DNA of 64,000 nucleotides from Escherichia coli (GTDB lineage Bacteria; Pseudomonadota; Gammaproteobacteria; Enterobacterales; Enterobacteriaceae): NCBI RefSeq assembly GCF_048403405.1, contig NZ_CP183129.1; one strand, 5' to 3'. Shown piece by piece: positions 1 to 11,501 of this stretch (position 1 is its first letter; each line of letters starts with the position of its first letter). The notes under the pieces were generated by a model. It saw only the letters and a program-made list of their open reading frames with translations, ran no database searches and was not told where the DNA came from. The position numbers and the translations under genes were made by a program.

Positions 1-547
1 GATTGAATACATTGGTGATAATAAATTTGTCATCAGTGATGAACGTGACTACGCCATTTATGTGATTTCACTTAACGCTGAGTCGGAAGTAAGCATCCTC
101 AAAAAAATTAAAATCCCATTGCAGGAAACACCAACTAACTGTGGCTTTGAAGGGCTGGCTTACTCCTCTCAGGACCATACCTTCTGGTTTTTTAAAGAGA
201 AAAATCCGATAGAGGTCTACAAAGTAACCGGGCTATTGCGTAGCGATGAGTTGCATATCAGCAAAGATAAAGCGTTGCAGCGTCAGTTTACTTTAGACGA
301 TGTTTCTGGCGCGGAATTTAACCCACATAAAAATACGTTGCTGGTGTTGTCACATGAGTCACGCGCCCTGCAGGAAGTGACCGTGACAGGTGACGTGATC
401 GGCGAAATGTCGTTAACCAAAGGCAAGTATGGCCTTTCACACAACATCAAGCAGGCGGAAGGGATAGCGATGGATGACAGCGGCAACATCTATATCGTTG
501 GCGAACCGAATCTTTTTTATCGCTTTACGTCGACAAAATCACGATAA
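1..547 (+). CDS. yjiK: SdiA-regulated domain protein YjiK, C-terminal part; gene starts before the window
   Basis: Frame of the 62..547 ORF stays open back to nt 2 with no stop, so the gene is cut by the window edge. Assignment rests on synteny (adjacent to yjiJ) and recollection of the K-12 gene order. Confidence 0.55.
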   Translation, partial: IEYIGDNKFVISDERDYAIYVISLNAESEVSILKKIKIPLQETPTNCGFEGLAYSSQDHTFWFFKEKNPIEVYKVTGLLRSDELHISKDKALQRQFTLDDVSGAEFNPHKNTLLVLSHESRALQEVTVTGDVIGEMSLTKGKYGLSHNIKQAEGIAMDDSGNIYIVGEPNLFYRFTSTKSR

Positions 548-614
548 CAGTCTGGCAGGTTCTCCTTTTTTGTTATTAACTTGTTAACTCAAAATAATAC
601 AAACCAGGCAGAAC

Positions 615-1793
615 ATGAATTCGACATCGCATCCCGTAGAACGTTTTTCTTTCAGCACCGCGTTATTCGGGATGCTGGTTCTGACCTTAGGTATGGGTTT
701 AGGCCGCTTTATCTATACGCCGATGCTGCCAGTCATGCTGGCGGAAGGCGAATTTTCCTTTAGCGAACTCTCATGGATCGCCAGTGGTAACTATGCCGGG
801 TATCTGGCGGGGAGCCTGCTGTTTTCATTCGGCGCGTTTCATTTACCCTCACGCCTGCGCCCGTTCCTGTTAGCTTCCGCCCTCGCAACCGGATTATTAA
901 TCCTCGCGATGGCGTGGCTACCGCCGTTTCTTCTGGTTTTCATCATTCGCTTTCTGGCGGGAGTCGCCAGCGCCGGGATGTTGATTTTCGGCTCAACGCT
1001 CATCATGCAACATACCCGCCATCCCTTTGTCCTTGCGGCGCTATTTTCTGGTGTTGGCGTCGGCATCGCTCTGGGCAATGAATATGTGCTGGCAGGCCTG
1101 CATTTTGCCCTCTCTTCACAAACGTTGTGGCAAGGTGCCGGAGCACTTTCTGCCATTATATTGCTTGCTCTGGCGCTGCTCATCCCGTCGAATAAACACG
1201 TTATCGCGCCAGCGCCATTGGCAAAAATCGCGCAACAACCCATGAGCTGGTGGTTACTGGCGATTCTGTATGGTCTGGCGGGTTTTGGTTATATCATCGT
1301 CGCCACCTACCTGCCGCTCATGGCGAAAGACGCGGGCCAGCCTGTGCTGACGGCTCACCTCTGGACACTGGTCGGCTTGTCGATTGTCCCAGGTTGCTTT
1401 GGCTGGCTGTGGGCAGCCAAACGGTGGGGAGCATTACCTTGCCTGACCGCGAATTTGCTGGTGCAGGCGATCTGCGTGCTGTTAACTCTCGCCAGCAGCT
1501 CTCCTTTATTACTCATCATCAGCAGTATTGGTTTTGGCGGCACCTTTATGGGGACGACCTCGCTGGTGATGACCATCGCCCGCCAGCTTAGCGTGCCGGG
1601 AAATCTTAACCTTTTGGGCTTTGTGACACTCATTTATGGTATCGGGCAAATTCTTGGCCCAGCGCTGACCAGCATGCTCGGCAACGGAACGTCGGCCCTC
1701 GCCAGTGCCACGCTCTGCGGCGCGGCGGCGCTATTTATCGCAGCATTAATCTGCGGGATGCAAATATTCAAATTGCATACGAATTATTCTTAA
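615..1793 (+). CDS. yjiJ: MFS-type inner membrane transporter (YbfB/YjiJ family)
   Basis: 392-aa ORF, highly hydrophobic with multiple predicted transmembrane segments; position between yjiK and kptA. Confidence 0.8.
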   Translation: MNSTSHPVERFSFSTALFGMLVLTLGMGLGRFIYTPMLPVMLAEGEFSFSELSWIASGNYAGYLAGSLLFSFGAFHLPSRLRPFLLASALATGLLILAMAWLPPFLLVFIIRFLAGVASAGMLIFGSTLIMQHTRHPFVLAALFSGVGVGIALGNEYVLAGLHFALSSQTLWQGAGALSAIILLALALLIPSNKHVIAPAPLAKIAQQPMSWWLLAILYGLAGFGYIIVATYLPLMAKDAGQPVLTAHLWTLVGLSIVPGCFGWLWAAKRWGALPCLTANLLVQAICVLLTLASSSPLLLIISSIGFGGTFMGTTSLVMTIARQLSVPGNLNLLGFVTLIYGIGQILGPALTSMLGNGTSALASATLCGAAALFIAALICGMQIFKLHTNYS

Positions 1794-2003
1794 GTAATTT
1801 AACGAATTTAACTTTTCAGTACATCACGTAAAATAATTAAAACATCCTTTTTCTTTGGAGGTACTCAGCCACCGCCGTTATTAATCCTGGTTTAGCAACT
1901 CCACGGCTAATTCATTATTTCTGGTCATATTATAGTCAGGATCGCATTATATCTCCGTGCTAGAAAAAACAAGTTTAATTCTGTTTTTTCACGGAAGGTC
2001 ACT

Positions 2004-5000
2004 ATGGCTTCAACAAATGCGCATCAAATAAAAAATAATGATCAAAACTCTTTATGTGGTCTGGGTGACAAAATACGCCGCCTGACCGCCGGAGTTTGTT
2101 TATTTACCCAAATTTTTTTCCCCGTCATGGCGACGGCACAAAATGTGGTACATGCTAAACCTCAGACGACAGTTTCATCTGCCCCCCCTCTAATAGAAAA
2201 TAATACTGTGCCTTACACGCTTGGTGCGCTGGAATCAGCGCAAAGCGTTGCTGATCGATTCGGTATTTCACTGGAGGAGCTTCGTCGTCTTAATCAGTTC
2301 CGTACTTTTGCTCGCGGCTTTGATAACGTGCGCCAGGGTGAAGAGCTGGATGTTCCGGCAACAACCTTGCAGAAAAGTCATGAGCAACAAAATGCCGTAC
2401 CGCCTGCGAATGGCGAAAACACGCTGGAGAATCAAATAGCCAGCACTTCGCAGCGAGTTGGCACCCTGCTTTCACAAGATATGAATAGTGAGCAGGCCAG
2501 CGGCATGGCGCGTGGTTGGGCGTCTTCAGAAGCCTCAGGCGCGATGACTGATTGGTTAAATAACTTTGGCACTGCGAAAATCTCTCTGGGTGTGGATGAA
2601 GATTTCAGCCTGAAAAATTCGCAATTCGACTTCCTGCATCCGTGGTATGACACACCCGATTATCTGCTCTTCAGCCAGCATACCCTTCACCGAACAGACG
2701 ATCGTACCCAGATCAACACCGGTTTGGGCTGGCGTCATTTCACCCCCAGCTGGATGTCAGGCATCAACCTGTTTTTTGACCACGACCTGAGCCGCTATCA
2801 CTCCCGCGCGGGGCTTGGCGCAGAATACTGGCGTGATTATCTGAAGTTGAGCAGCAACGCTTATATCGGCCTGACCGGCTGGCGTAGCGCACCGGAATTG
2901 GATAATGACTACGAAGCCCGCCCGGCCAACGGCTGGGATTTACGCGCGGAAGGCTGGTTACCAGCCTGGCCACAACTGGGTGGAAAACTGGTCTATGAAC
3001 AATACTATGGTGATGAAGTGGCGCTGTTTGACAAGAATGATCGCCAAAGTAATCCCCATGCTATTACCGCGGGCCTCAACTATACCCCCTTCCCGCTTCT
3101 GACTCTCAGTGCGGAACAGCGTCAGGGGAAACAAGGTGAAAATGACACACGTTTTGCCGTTGATCTGACCTGGCAACCCAGCAGTTCAATGCAGAAACAG
3201 CTTAACCCGGACGAAGTGGCCGGACGGCGCAGTCTGGCCGGTAGTCGTTATGACCTGATTGATCGCAACAACAACATCGTTCTGGAATATCGCAAGAAAG
3301 AGCTGATTCGCCTGAGTCTACTGGATCCGGTGAAAGGAAAGTCTGGAGAAATAAAACCGCTGGTTTCCTCGATACAGACCAAATATGCCCTGAAAGGCTA
3401 TAACATCGAAGCCGCTGCGCTGGAAGCTGCCGGAGGTAAAGTCAGCACGTCTGGAAAAGATATCACGGTCACGCTGCCAGGTTACCGCTTTACTAACACT
3501 CCAGAAACCGATAATACATGGTCGATAGACGTTACCGCCGAGGATGTAAAAGGTAACCTGTCACGTCATGAACAAAGCATGGTCGTCATTCAGGCTCCGA
3601 CATTAAGCCAGAAAGATTCTCTGTTATCCGTTAATCCGCTAACCGTAGCTGCAGATAAAAAATCGACGACCACATTGACCGTTACTGCACACGATTCCGA
3701 CGGAACTCCGGTGCCGGGGCTGGCGCTGCAAACCCGCAGTGAAGGCGTTCAGGATATCACCCTGTCTGACTGGACAGATAACGGAGATGGTAGTTACACA
3801 CAGATGCTGACCGCCGGAACGACATCAGGTTCAGTAACACTGACGCCGCAAATTAACGGTGAGAGTGCGGTAAAAGAATCCATCGTCGTTAATATCGTCC
3901 CTGTTGTCTCATCCCGCGACCATTCATCAATAACAATAGATAACGTATCGTATTATGCCGGAGACGACATCAAGGTTAGGGTGGAACTGAAAGACGACAG
4001 CAATCAACCGGTTGCTTATCAAAAAGAGGAATTGGTAAAAGCCGTTACTGTCGAAAACAGCAAACCTGGAGCCACGATTGTCTGGCACGAAGAGCAGCCG
4101 GGGGTTTATGCCGCGAATTATCCGGCCCATAAGCAAGGGACAGCACTAAGGGCACAACTTAGCCTTCACAACTGGAATGCTCCACTGCAATCACATATTT
4201 ATAACATTGAGGCAAACCAGAATAAGGCTCGCGTCGCCACATTATCAGCGACGAATAATGACGTTTACGCCGATAAAAAGACATTTAATACCCTCACTAT
4301 CAACGTCACTGATGAGAGTGATAATCCCCTGACAAATCATCAGGTCACCTTTAAGAATGAAAAAGGAAGCGCTGAATTTGTCGAACCGCCGCAGCAAAAT
4401 ACGGATGCATATGGTGTTGCCACAATCAACATGGTAAGTCAGGTTGCGGAAGAAAATACGATTAGTGCCACGCTGCCAAATGGTTTCTCACAACGGATAA
4501 TTGCGAAATTCGTTAGCGATTCGAGTACGCCAAAATTCAAACAACTGGTTGCCGATCCAGATACCATTATTGCTGGCAACAGCCAGGGCAGTACTCTGAC
4601 CGCCACCGTCACAGACTTTCATAACAACCCGTTAAAAGATATGAAAGTGAATTTTGTGGCGCCTGGTGGCTCGCAACTGGACAACACGACCGCCACAACA
4701 GACCAGTCCGGTATTGTGCGAGTGCACCTGACCAGTTCAAAAGCTGGTAGCTATTCCGTCGATGCCTCGCTTGAGGCGGATAAAAATATTCACCAGTCGG
4801 TCACGATCACCGTGGTCCCAAACAGGGAACAATCGGTAATGACCTTGAATGCCGGGTCGGGCAGTGCGATCGCTAACAATACAAATACCGTTATCCTGAC
4901 AGCCAGTGTGAAAGATGTTTATGGACACCCGTTGCCGGATGAGGATGTGAAATTTACCTTGCCAGCCTCCATGACCGGGAACTTCACGCTAAGTAGTGAA

Positions 5001-7244
5001 ACCGCCCGCACCGATGCAAACGGCGATGCCGTGGTCACATTGCGTGGCACAAAAGCGGGTGAGTTTACAGTTACGGCGACGCTGACCAGAAATAATACCG
5101 TTGCTCATCAGCAAGTCACTTTTATTGGGGATACAAACAGCGCGCAGCTCCAGCCGCTGACTGCCTCATTAAATACCATTGTTGCGGGTAACAGTACGGG
5201 GAGTACCCTGACGGCAACGATCCTGGACGCTTACCAAAATCCGCTTAAAGACCAGCTGGTCACTTTCCAGAGTAACGATGTCACTCTAAGTGGAACAGAA
5301 GTCACCACCAATACACTGGGTCAGGCGACAGTAACAATGACCAGCAATATTGCCGGGCAACATAACGTCGTGGTGAGCCGGAAAGCGCAAGCCTCCGATA
5401 ATAAAACGTTTAGTTTATCAGTGCTGCCGGATGAAAGTTCGGCGAAGGTAATAAGTATAACCGGAGCCGAAAAAACGATAACGGTTGGCGAAAACATCAC
5501 GCTACGGATACTCGTCCAGGACGCGTTTAACAATGTAATAGCGGGTCAACGCGTCAGATTAAGTGCGCAGCCAACAGCTAACATTACGATAGGCGATACG
5601 GCTTACACTGATAATAACGGTTACGCGTACGTTAACCTTCTCAGCACCCAGCCTGGGGTTTATCAGGTGACGGCAACGCTGGACAATAACAGTAGTAGTA
5701 AGGTTGACGTGAATGTGGCAAATGGCAAGCTCGAGTTAACATCATCGAAGCCAGAAACCACGGTCCATAACAGTGAAGGTATTACGCTTACCGCAACGGC
5801 GAGAAATGCTCAGGATGAATTAATGCCTGGACAAATTATCACCTTTAGCGTAACGCCTGAAGGTGCAACGCTAAGCAATACAGGGGAAATACTTACTGAC
5901 CAGTATGGTCAGGCCAAAGTAACGCTGACCAGTGACAAAGTGAATGTCTATACCGTTACGGCCACAATGGGCAAAGATGTTCCCGTTCAGAGCCAGGTAA
6001 CGGTTGCGGTTAAGGCAGATGCTAAAACGGCACATGTGGTGAGCGTCGTGGCTTCTCCTGACACCATAACCGCCGACGGCATCGATAGCAGCACCGTCAC
6101 GTCACAAGTAGAAGATGATTACGGATTCCCGGTTGAAGGTGTCGATGTTCGTTACGCCTTAGACACCAAAGGTCGCCCGGTAGTTAATATTCCAACTACG
6201 CGTACCGATCAGTCCGGGCAAGTCACGGCGACAATAACCAGTACATTGGCAGAAACCTTAACGGTCAATGTGCAAGTTCCTGGTACAGCCAACCAATCCG
6301 CAGCTATTACCTTGCTTGCCAGCACGGCGGATGAAAGTAAGTCATTATTGAAATCCGACGTTGGCACTCTGATGGCTGACTACCAGCATAGCGCGAAACT
6401 TACGCTAACATTGCAAGACAAGTACGGTAATCCGATAGTGACGTCTGATCATCTGGAATTTGTCCAGTCAGGTCCCTTCGTGAACTTTCTCAAGTTGAGC
6501 GATATTGATTACAGCCAAAGAAATTATGGCGAGTACACCGTGACTGTCACTGGCGGAAAAGAGGGAACAGCGACTCTCATTCCCATGCTGAACGGGGTTC
6601 ATCAGGCAAACTTAAGCGTATCGCTGAATCTCATCCGCTCGATAAAAGAAATGTCCGGTCATGTCACTGCAAACAACCATACCTTCTCCACGGCTCAATT
6701 CCCGAGCGAAGGTTTTGCAGGAGCGTATTACACACTCAACAATGATAACTTTGAAGCGGGTAAAACCGTTGATGATTATATGTTTTCAAGTTCACAGAGT
6801 TGGGTGTCGGTCGATGCTTCAGGTAAGGTTTCTTTCGCAAATATCGGCGATCAAACGTCAGTCACAATAAGCGCTGTTCCCCGACAAGGAGGTACAACCT
6901 ACCAGACCTTAATTAAGCTGAAAGGCTGGTGGGTGAATAATGGAAATCATACCAATATCTGGCTAGCTGCCAATGCGCTCTGTCATGCTAAAAATGATGG
7001 ATATAATCTTCCTGGCATCACACATTTGACGTCTGGCGAAAACAAACGCACGCAGGGATCACTGTATGGTGAATGGGGGAACGTTGGAGCGTTTTCCAGT
7101 AATTCGCAATTTACACAAGGAGCTTACTGGACAAGTGAATCTGATGATTACAATCGGCACTACTATGTGCAGATGCTAACGGGTATGACTGGAAGCGACG
7201 CTGATTCCAGCCCCCAACTGACCGCCTGCCGTAAATCACTTTAA
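2004..7244 (+). CDS. Intimin/invasin-family inverse autotransporter adhesin (SinH/FdeC-like), 1746 aa
   Basis: N-terminal signal-like region, LysM-like segment (YTLGALESAQSVADRFGISLEELRRLNQ), beta-barrel-like region rich in aromatic/Gly residues, then many diverged ~100-aa repeats with Big_1-like signatures (LTATV.D..GNP, VTFT), and a C-terminal Cys-containing lectin-like end. Confidence 0.8.
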   Translation: MASTNAHQIKNNDQNSLCGLGDKIRRLTAGVCLFTQIFFPVMATAQNVVHAKPQTTVSSAPPLIENNTVPYTLGALESAQSVADRFGISLEELRRLNQFRTFARGFDNVRQGEELDVPATTLQKSHEQQNAVPPANGENTLENQIASTSQRVGTLLSQDMNSEQASGMARGWASSEASGAMTDWLNNFGTAKISLGVDEDFSLKNSQFDFLHPWYDTPDYLLFSQHTLHRTDDRTQINTGLGWRHFTPSWMSGINLFFDHDLSRYHSRAGLGAEYWRDYLKLSSNAYIGLTGWRSAPELDNDYEARPANGWDLRAEGWLPAWPQLGGKLVYEQYYGDEVALFDKNDRQSNPHAITAGLNYTPFPLLTLSAEQRQGKQGENDTRFAVDLTWQPSSSMQKQLNPDEVAGRRSLAGSRYDLIDRNNNIVLEYRKKELIRLSLLDPVKGKSGEIKPLVSSIQTKYALKGYNIEAAALEAAGGKVSTSGKDITVTLPGYRFTNTPETDNTWSIDVTAEDVKGNLSRHEQSMVVIQAPTLSQKDSLLSVNPLTVAADKKSTTTLTVTAHDSDGTPVPGLALQTRSEGVQDITLSDWTDNGDGSYTQMLTAGTTSGSVTLTPQINGESAVKESIVVNIVPVVSSRDHSSITIDNVSYYAGDDIKVRVELKDDSNQPVAYQKEELVKAVTVENSKPGATIVWHEEQPGVYAANYPAHKQGTALRAQLSLHNWNAPLQSHIYNIEANQNKARVATLSATNNDVYADKKTFNTLTINVTDESDNPLTNHQVTFKNEKGSAEFVEPPQQNTDAYGVATINMVSQVAEENTISATLPNGFSQRIIAKFVSDSSTPKFKQLVADPDTIIAGNSQGSTLTATVTDFHNNPLKDMKVNFVAPGGSQLDNTTATTDQSGIVRVHLTSSKAGSYSVDASLEADKNIHQSVTITVVPNREQSVMTLNAGSGSAIANNTNTVILTASVKDVYGHPLPDEDVKFTLPASMTGNFTLSSETARTDANGDAVVTLRGTKAGEFTVTATLTRNNTVAHQQVTFIGDTNSAQLQPLTASLNTIVAGNSTGSTLTATILDAYQNPLKDQLVTFQSNDVTLSGTEVTTNTLGQATVTMTSNIAGQHNVVVSRKAQASDNKTFSLSVLPDESSAKVISITGAEKTITVGENITLRILVQDAFNNVIAGQRVRLSAQPTANITIGDTAYTDNNGYAYVNLLSTQPGVYQVTATLDNNSSSKVDVNVANGKLELTSSKPETTVHNSEGITLTATARNAQDELMPGQIITFSVTPEGATLSNTGEILTDQYGQAKVTLTSDKVNVYTVTATMGKDVPVQSQVTVAVKADAKTAHVVSVVASPDTITADGIDSSTVTSQVEDDYGFPVEGVDVRYALDTKGRPVVNIPTTRTDQSGQVTATITSTLAETLTVNVQVPGTANQSAAITLLASTADESKSLLKSDVGTLMADYQHSAKLTLTLQDKYGNPIVTSDHLEFVQSGPFVNFLKLSDIDYSQRNYGEYTVTVTGGKEGTATLIPMLNGVHQANLSVSLNLIRSIKEMSGHVTANNHTFSTAQFPSEGFAGAYYTLNNDNFEAGKTVDDYMFSSSQSWVSVDASGKVSFANIGDQTSVTISAVPRQGGTTYQTLIKLKGWWVNNGNHTNIWLAANALCHAKNDGYNLPGITHLTSGENKRTQGSLYGEWGNVGAFSSNSQFTQGAYWTSESDDYNRHYYVQMLTGMTGSDADSSPQLTACRKSL

Positions 7245-7260
7245 TTTTAGTAGGTTATTA

Positions 7261-7292
7261 AGGATACCCTTGTGCGAGGGTATCCTTTCCGA
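7261..7292 (+). terminator. Putative rho-independent terminator after the adhesin gene
   Basis: Perfect 10-bp inverted repeat AGGATACCCT-tgtgcg-AGGGTATCCT followed by a T-containing tract, 17 nt after the stop codon. Confidence 0.4.
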
Positions 7293-7309
7293 CTGATAAC
7301 AAACGCTAC

Positions 7310-7345
7310 ATTACCTGATGCGCTGCGCTTATCAGGCCTATATAA
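7310..7345. repeat. REP (repetitive extragenic palindromic) element
   Basis: Sequence CCTGATGCGCTGCGCTTATCAGGCCTA matches the classic E. coli REP palindromic unit. Confidence 0.45.
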
Positions 7346-7364
7346 CCCCTGCAATATATTGAAT

Positions 7365-7949
7365 TTATTGTTTTTGTACCCCAGCCGGCATGAACGGCCA
7401 CTCAAGAAACTCAACAGCAACCGTTGATGTCAGCCAGACCCCGTTTTCCGCTTGCCAGAAAGGGAGGCCTCGTTTCGCCATTTCCTGTGCTTTGACGGTT
7501 AAAATAACCGGCGATCCGTGTCTTGCTCCCACTTTGCGTGCCGTTGCTTCATCAGCAGAGAGATGCACGTAATGACGCTCCCCTGCAATCAGCCCCTGTT
7601 TTTTTATCTCGTCAAGGAAACGGCTTGCCGTACCGTGATAGAGAAACTGTGGCGGTGTTTTTTCGGCAAAGGAAATGGCGACCTGCGAAGTCGAATGCCC
7701 CTGAACCGCGCGAATGCACCTACCATCACTGGAATAACTAAAACGCTTTTTATCGCTGGTGGCAACTACAGTATCCAGCAATGCACGGGTTAACCGCTTG
7801 CCCGCTTTTTGGGCACAAAGTATGAGCTTATCGATATCCGCCCATCCTTCACGGTCCAGTACGATACCAATCGCCTCCGGTTTGTGTCGGAGGACAAAAC
7901 TTAAAAACTTGCTCGTATCCGCCAGCTCTTTTTCGTTGTACTTTGCCAT
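7365..7949 (-). CDS. kptA: RNA 2'-phosphotransferase (Tpt1/KptA family)
   Basis: Translation begins [25 protein letters not shown] and contains the conserved HGTxxxxxxxIxxxGL and RxHVHL motifs. ORF is ~10 aa longer at the C-terminus than the K-12 protein as I recall it. Confidence 0.85.
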   Translation of the reverse strand: MAKYNEKELADTSKFLSFVLRHKPEAIGIVLDREGWADIDKLILCAQKAGKRLTRALLDTVVATSDKKRFSYSSDGRCIRAVQGHSTSQVAISFAEKTPPQFLYHGTASRFLDEIKKQGLIAGERHYVHLSADEATARKVGARHGSPVILTVKAQEMAKRGLPFWQAENGVWLTSTVAVEFLEWPFMPAGVQKQ

Positions 7950-8186
7950 CTCGTTTTCGTCCCTGGATTTTCTGTTTTTATTTACTTATGTCATTGTCAC
8001 TGGGTTTATGAATTTACTGCAACTCAATCCTGCGCAGAACCTTTTCCCCATAGCGTAATTTTTCCGCTATGCAAAAAACGCATAGCCAGAAACATACTTG
8101 CATTTTCCCCATACCCACATGGCTGATAAGGTTTTTCAGCTCCAGGAATTTTCCTGGCTCAAGCAACACACAAACACAAAAAAACA

Positions 8187-8882
8187 ATGGGGATTGTTAT
8201 GACACAACAAGGGGATGCTGTAGCCGGGGAGCTGGCGACAGAAAAAGTGGGCATTAAAGGGTATCTGGCTTTTTTTCTCACCATAATCTTTTTTTCCGGT
8301 GTTTTTTCCGGGACAGACAGTTGGTGGCGCGTTTTTGATTTTTCCGTGCTGAACGGATCGTTTGGGCAACTGCCTGGTGCGAACGGAGCCACCACCTCGT
8401 TTCGCGGCGCGGGTGGCGCGGGGGCTAAAGATGGTTTTCTCTTTGCGCTGGAGCTGGCACCGTCAGTCATTCTCTCTTTGGGGATTATTTCAATTACCGA
8501 TGGTCTTGGCGGATTACGCGCCGCGCAGCAGTTAATGACGCCAGTGCTAAAACCGTTGTTGGGCATTCCAGGGATCTGCTCGCTGGCGCTGATCGCTAAC
8601 CTGCAAAACACCGATGCCGCCGCCGGTATGACCAAAGAGCTGGCGCAGGAAGGTGAAATTACCGAACGCGATAAAGTGATTTTCGCCGCATATCAAACCA
8701 GCGGTAGCGCCATTATCACCAACTACTTCTCTTCCGGCGTCGCGGTGTTTGCCTTTCTGGGCACGTCCGTAATCGTACCTTTAGCAGTCATCCTGGTGTT
8801 TAAATTTGTCGGAGCCAACATTTTGCGCGTCTGGCTTAACTTCGAAGAACGTCGCAACCCAACGCAAGGAGCGCAAGCATGA
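8187..8882 (+). CDS. yjiH: Inner membrane protein YjiH (nucleoside-recognition/transporter-gate domain)
   Basis: 231-aa hydrophobic ORF, overlaps the downstream yjiG start by 4 nt (ATGA), conserved synteny. Confidence 0.7.
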   Translation: MGIVMTQQGDAVAGELATEKVGIKGYLAFFLTIIFFSGVFSGTDSWWRVFDFSVLNGSFGQLPGANGATTSFRGAGGAGAKDGFLFALELAPSVILSLGIISITDGLGGLRAAQQLMTPVLKPLLGIPGICSLALIANLQNTDAAAGMTKELAQEGEITERDKVIFAAYQTSGSAIITNYFSSGVAVFAFLGTSVIVPLAVILVFKFVGANILRVWLNFEERRNPTQGAQA

Positions 8883-9340
8883 CAACTCAGGTCCGCAAAA
8901 ACGTCATGGATATGTTTATCGATGGCGCGCGCCGTGGCTTTACTATCGCCACCACCAACCTGCTGCCAAACGTGGTGATGGCGTTTGTCATCATTCAGGC
9001 GCTGAAAATTACCGGCCTGCTCGACTGGGTGGGGCATATCTGTGAACCGGTAATGGCGCTGTGGGGATTGCCAGGTGAAGCGGCAACCGTCCTTTTAGCC
9101 GCATTAATGAGTATGGGCGGCGCAGTCGGTGTTGCCGCCAGTCTGGCAACCGCTGGCGCATTAACCGGTCACGATGTCACCGTTTTACTGCCCGCGATGT
9201 ATTTAATGGGCAACCCGGTGCAAAATGTCGGTCGCTGCCTGGGGACAGCCGAAGTGAATGCCAAATATTACCCGCATATCATTACGGTCTGCGTGATTAA
9301 CGCATTGCTGTCGATCTGGGTTATGCAGCTTATTGTTTAA
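8879..9340 (+). CDS. yjiG: Inner membrane protein YjiG (SpmB-like)
   Basis: 153-aa hydrophobic ORF translationally coupled to yjiH; synteny with iadA. Confidence 0.7.
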   Translation: MTTQVRKNVMDMFIDGARRGFTIATTNLLPNVVMAFVIIQALKITGLLDWVGHICEPVMALWGLPGEAATVLLAALMSMGGAVGVAASLATAGALTGHDVTVLLPAMYLMGNPVQNVGRCLGTAEVNAKYYPHIITVCVINALLSIWVMQLIV

Positions 9341-9352
9341 CAAGGAGTTACC

Positions 9353-10525
9353 ATGATTGATTATACCGCAGCCGGTTTTACCCTGCTGCAGGGAGCGCAT
9401 TTGTATGCGCCGGAAGATCGGGGAGTTTGCGATGTCCTCGTCGCTAACGGCAAAATTATCGCCGTTGCCAGTAATATCCCTTCTGACATTGTACCGGACT
9501 GCACGGTTGTCGATCTCAGCGGGCAGATCCTCTGCCCAGGTTTTATTGATCAACACGTTCATTTGATTGGCGGTGGCGGTGAAGCAGGTCCCACGACGCG
9601 CACGCCGGAAGTGGCGTTAAGTCGTCTGACGGAAGCGGGCGTCACGTCAGTGGTTGGTCTGCTCGGCACTGACTCTATCTCTCGTCACCCGGAATCCCTG
9701 CTCGCCAAGACCCGTGCGCTCAATGAAGAAGGCATCAGCGCCTGGATGCTGACCGGCGCTTATCATGTCCCTTCCCGCACCATTACAGGTTCCGTGGAAA
9801 AAGACGTGGCGATTATCGATCGCGTGATTGGTGTGAAATGCGCCATCTCTGATCACCGTTCTGCCGCACCTGACGTTTATCACCTGGCTAATATGGCGGC
9901 GGAATCCCGCGTTGGCGGTTTGCTCGGCGGCAAATCTGGCGTCACCGTGTTCCACATGGGCGACAGCAAAAAGGCGTTACAGCCTGTCTATGACCTGCTG
10001 GAAAACTGCGATGTGCCGATCAGCAAGCTGCTGCCGACCCACGTTAACCGCAACGTTCCGTTGTTTGAGCAGGCGCTGGAGTTTGCACACAAAGGCGGCA
10101 CTATCGACATCACCAGCAGCATTGACGAACCGGTCGCCCCTGCCGAAGGTATTGCCCGCGCCGTTCAGGCCGGTATTCCGCTGGCACGCGTCACCCTCAG
10201 CTCCGACGGCAACGGTAGCCAGCCGTTCTTCGATGACGAAGGGAATTTAACCCATATCGGTGTTGCCGGTTTTGAAACGTTGCTGGAAACCGTGCAGGCG
10301 CTGGTCAAAGACTATGATTTCAGTATCAGCGATGCCCTGCGCCCGCTCACCAGTAGCGTAGCCGGTTTCCTTAACCTGAGCGGGAAAGGCGAAATTCTGC
10401 CAGGCAATGACGCAGACTTACTGGTCATGACGCCAGAATTGCGCATTGAGCAGGTATACGCTCGCGGCAAACTGATGGTCAAAGACGGCAAAGCCTGCGT
10501 GAAAGGAACGTTTGAAACGGCTTAA
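9353..10525 (+). CDS. iadA: Isoaspartyl dipeptidase
   Basis: 390-aa amidohydrolase-fold protein with a metal-binding HxH motif (IDQHVHLIGGGGE); SD-like GGAG upstream; synteny. Confidence 0.85.
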   Translation: MIDYTAAGFTLLQGAHLYAPEDRGVCDVLVANGKIIAVASNIPSDIVPDCTVVDLSGQILCPGFIDQHVHLIGGGGEAGPTTRTPEVALSRLTEAGVTSVVGLLGTDSISRHPESLLAKTRALNEEGISAWMLTGAYHVPSRTITGSVEKDVAIIDRVIGVKCAISDHRSAAPDVYHLANMAAESRVGGLLGGKSGVTVFHMGDSKKALQPVYDLLENCDVPISKLLPTHVNRNVPLFEQALEFAHKGGTIDITSSIDEPVAPAEGIARAVQAGIPLARVTLSSDGNGSQPFFDDEGNLTHIGVAGFETLLETVQALVKDYDFSISDALRPLTSSVAGFLNLSGKGEILPGNDADLLVMTPELRIEQVYARGKLMVKDGKACVKGTFETA

Positions 10526-10589
10526 ACGGTTGTCAGTCGCCCGAATGGACGTAGAATGCCCGCTAGGGCGGCTGACAGAGTAAAACGTA

Positions 10590-11501
10590 ATGGATGACTG
10601 TGGTGCGGTTTTGCATAATATTGAAACAAAATGGCTTTATGATTTTCTGACCCTGGAAAAATGCCGCAACTTTTCCCAGGCGGCAGTCAGTCGCAACGTC
10701 TCGCAACCGGCATTCAGCCGCCGCATCCGTGCACTGGAACAGGCGATTGGCGTTGAATTATTTAACCGCCAGGTGACGCCGCTGCAACTCTCGGAACAAG
10801 GGAAAATCTTTCATTCGCAGATCCGCCATCTGTTGCAACAGTTAGAAAGCAACCTGGCAGAGCTGCGTGGCGGCAGCGATTATGCGCAACGTAAAATCAA
10901 GATTGCCGCTGCACACTCTCTTTCCCTCGGTCTGTTACCGTCCATTATCAGCCAGATGCCGCCGCTCTTTACCTGGGCGATTGAAGCCATTGATGTCGAT
11001 GAAGCGGTCGATAAACTGCGTGAAGGGCAAAGTGACTGTATTTTTTCCTTTCACGACGAAGATTTGCTGGAAGCGCCGTTTGACCACATTCGCTTATTTG
11101 AATCTCAATTGTTCCCCGTCTGCGCCAGTGACGAACACGGAGAAGCACTGTTTACCCTCGCGCAGCCACACTTTCCGTTACTGAATTACAGCCGCAACTC
11201 CTACATGGGGCGATTGATTAATCGCACCCTGACGCGCCACAGCGAGTTAAGTTTCAGCACCTTTTTTGTCTCTTCGATGAGCGAGCTATTAAAGCAGGTT
11301 GCCCTCGACGGCTGTGGGATTGCCTGGCTGCCGGAATACGCCATCCAACAAGAAATTCGCAGCGGGCAGCTCGTTGTACTGAATCGGGAAGAACTGGTGA
11401 TCCCGATTCAGGCCTACGCATACAGGATGAACACCCGTATGAATCCCGTTGCCGAACGCTTCTGGCGTGAACTGCGCGAACTGGAGATTGTGCTTAGCTG
11501 A
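10590..11501 (+). CDS. hypT: LysR-family transcriptional regulator HypT (YjiE)
   Basis: 303-aa ORF with an N-terminal LysR HTH ([29 protein letters not shown]) and a C-terminal substrate-binding domain. Confidence 0.8.
   Translation: MDDCGAVLHNIETKWLYDFLTLEKCRNFSQAAVSRNVSQPAFSRRIRALEQAIGVELFNRQVTPLQLSEQGKIFHSQIRHLLQQLESNLAELRGGSDYAQRKIKIAAAHSLSLGLLPSIISQMPPLFTWAIEAIDVDEAVDKLREGQSDCIFSFHDEDLLEAPFDHIRLFESQLFPVCASDEHGEALFTLAQPHFPLLNYSRNSYMGRLINRTLTRHSELSFSTFFVSSMSELLKQVALDGCGIAWLPEYAIQQEIRSGQLVVLNREELVIPIQAYAYRMNTRMNPVAERFWRELRELEIVLS

Noticed and set aside
2004-7244. Tandem DNA repeat array or CRISPR-like periodicity within the large adhesin gene
   Set aside because: The periodicity is at the protein-domain level (diverged Big-type repeats); there are no near-identical DNA direct repeats with unique spacers anywhere in the window.
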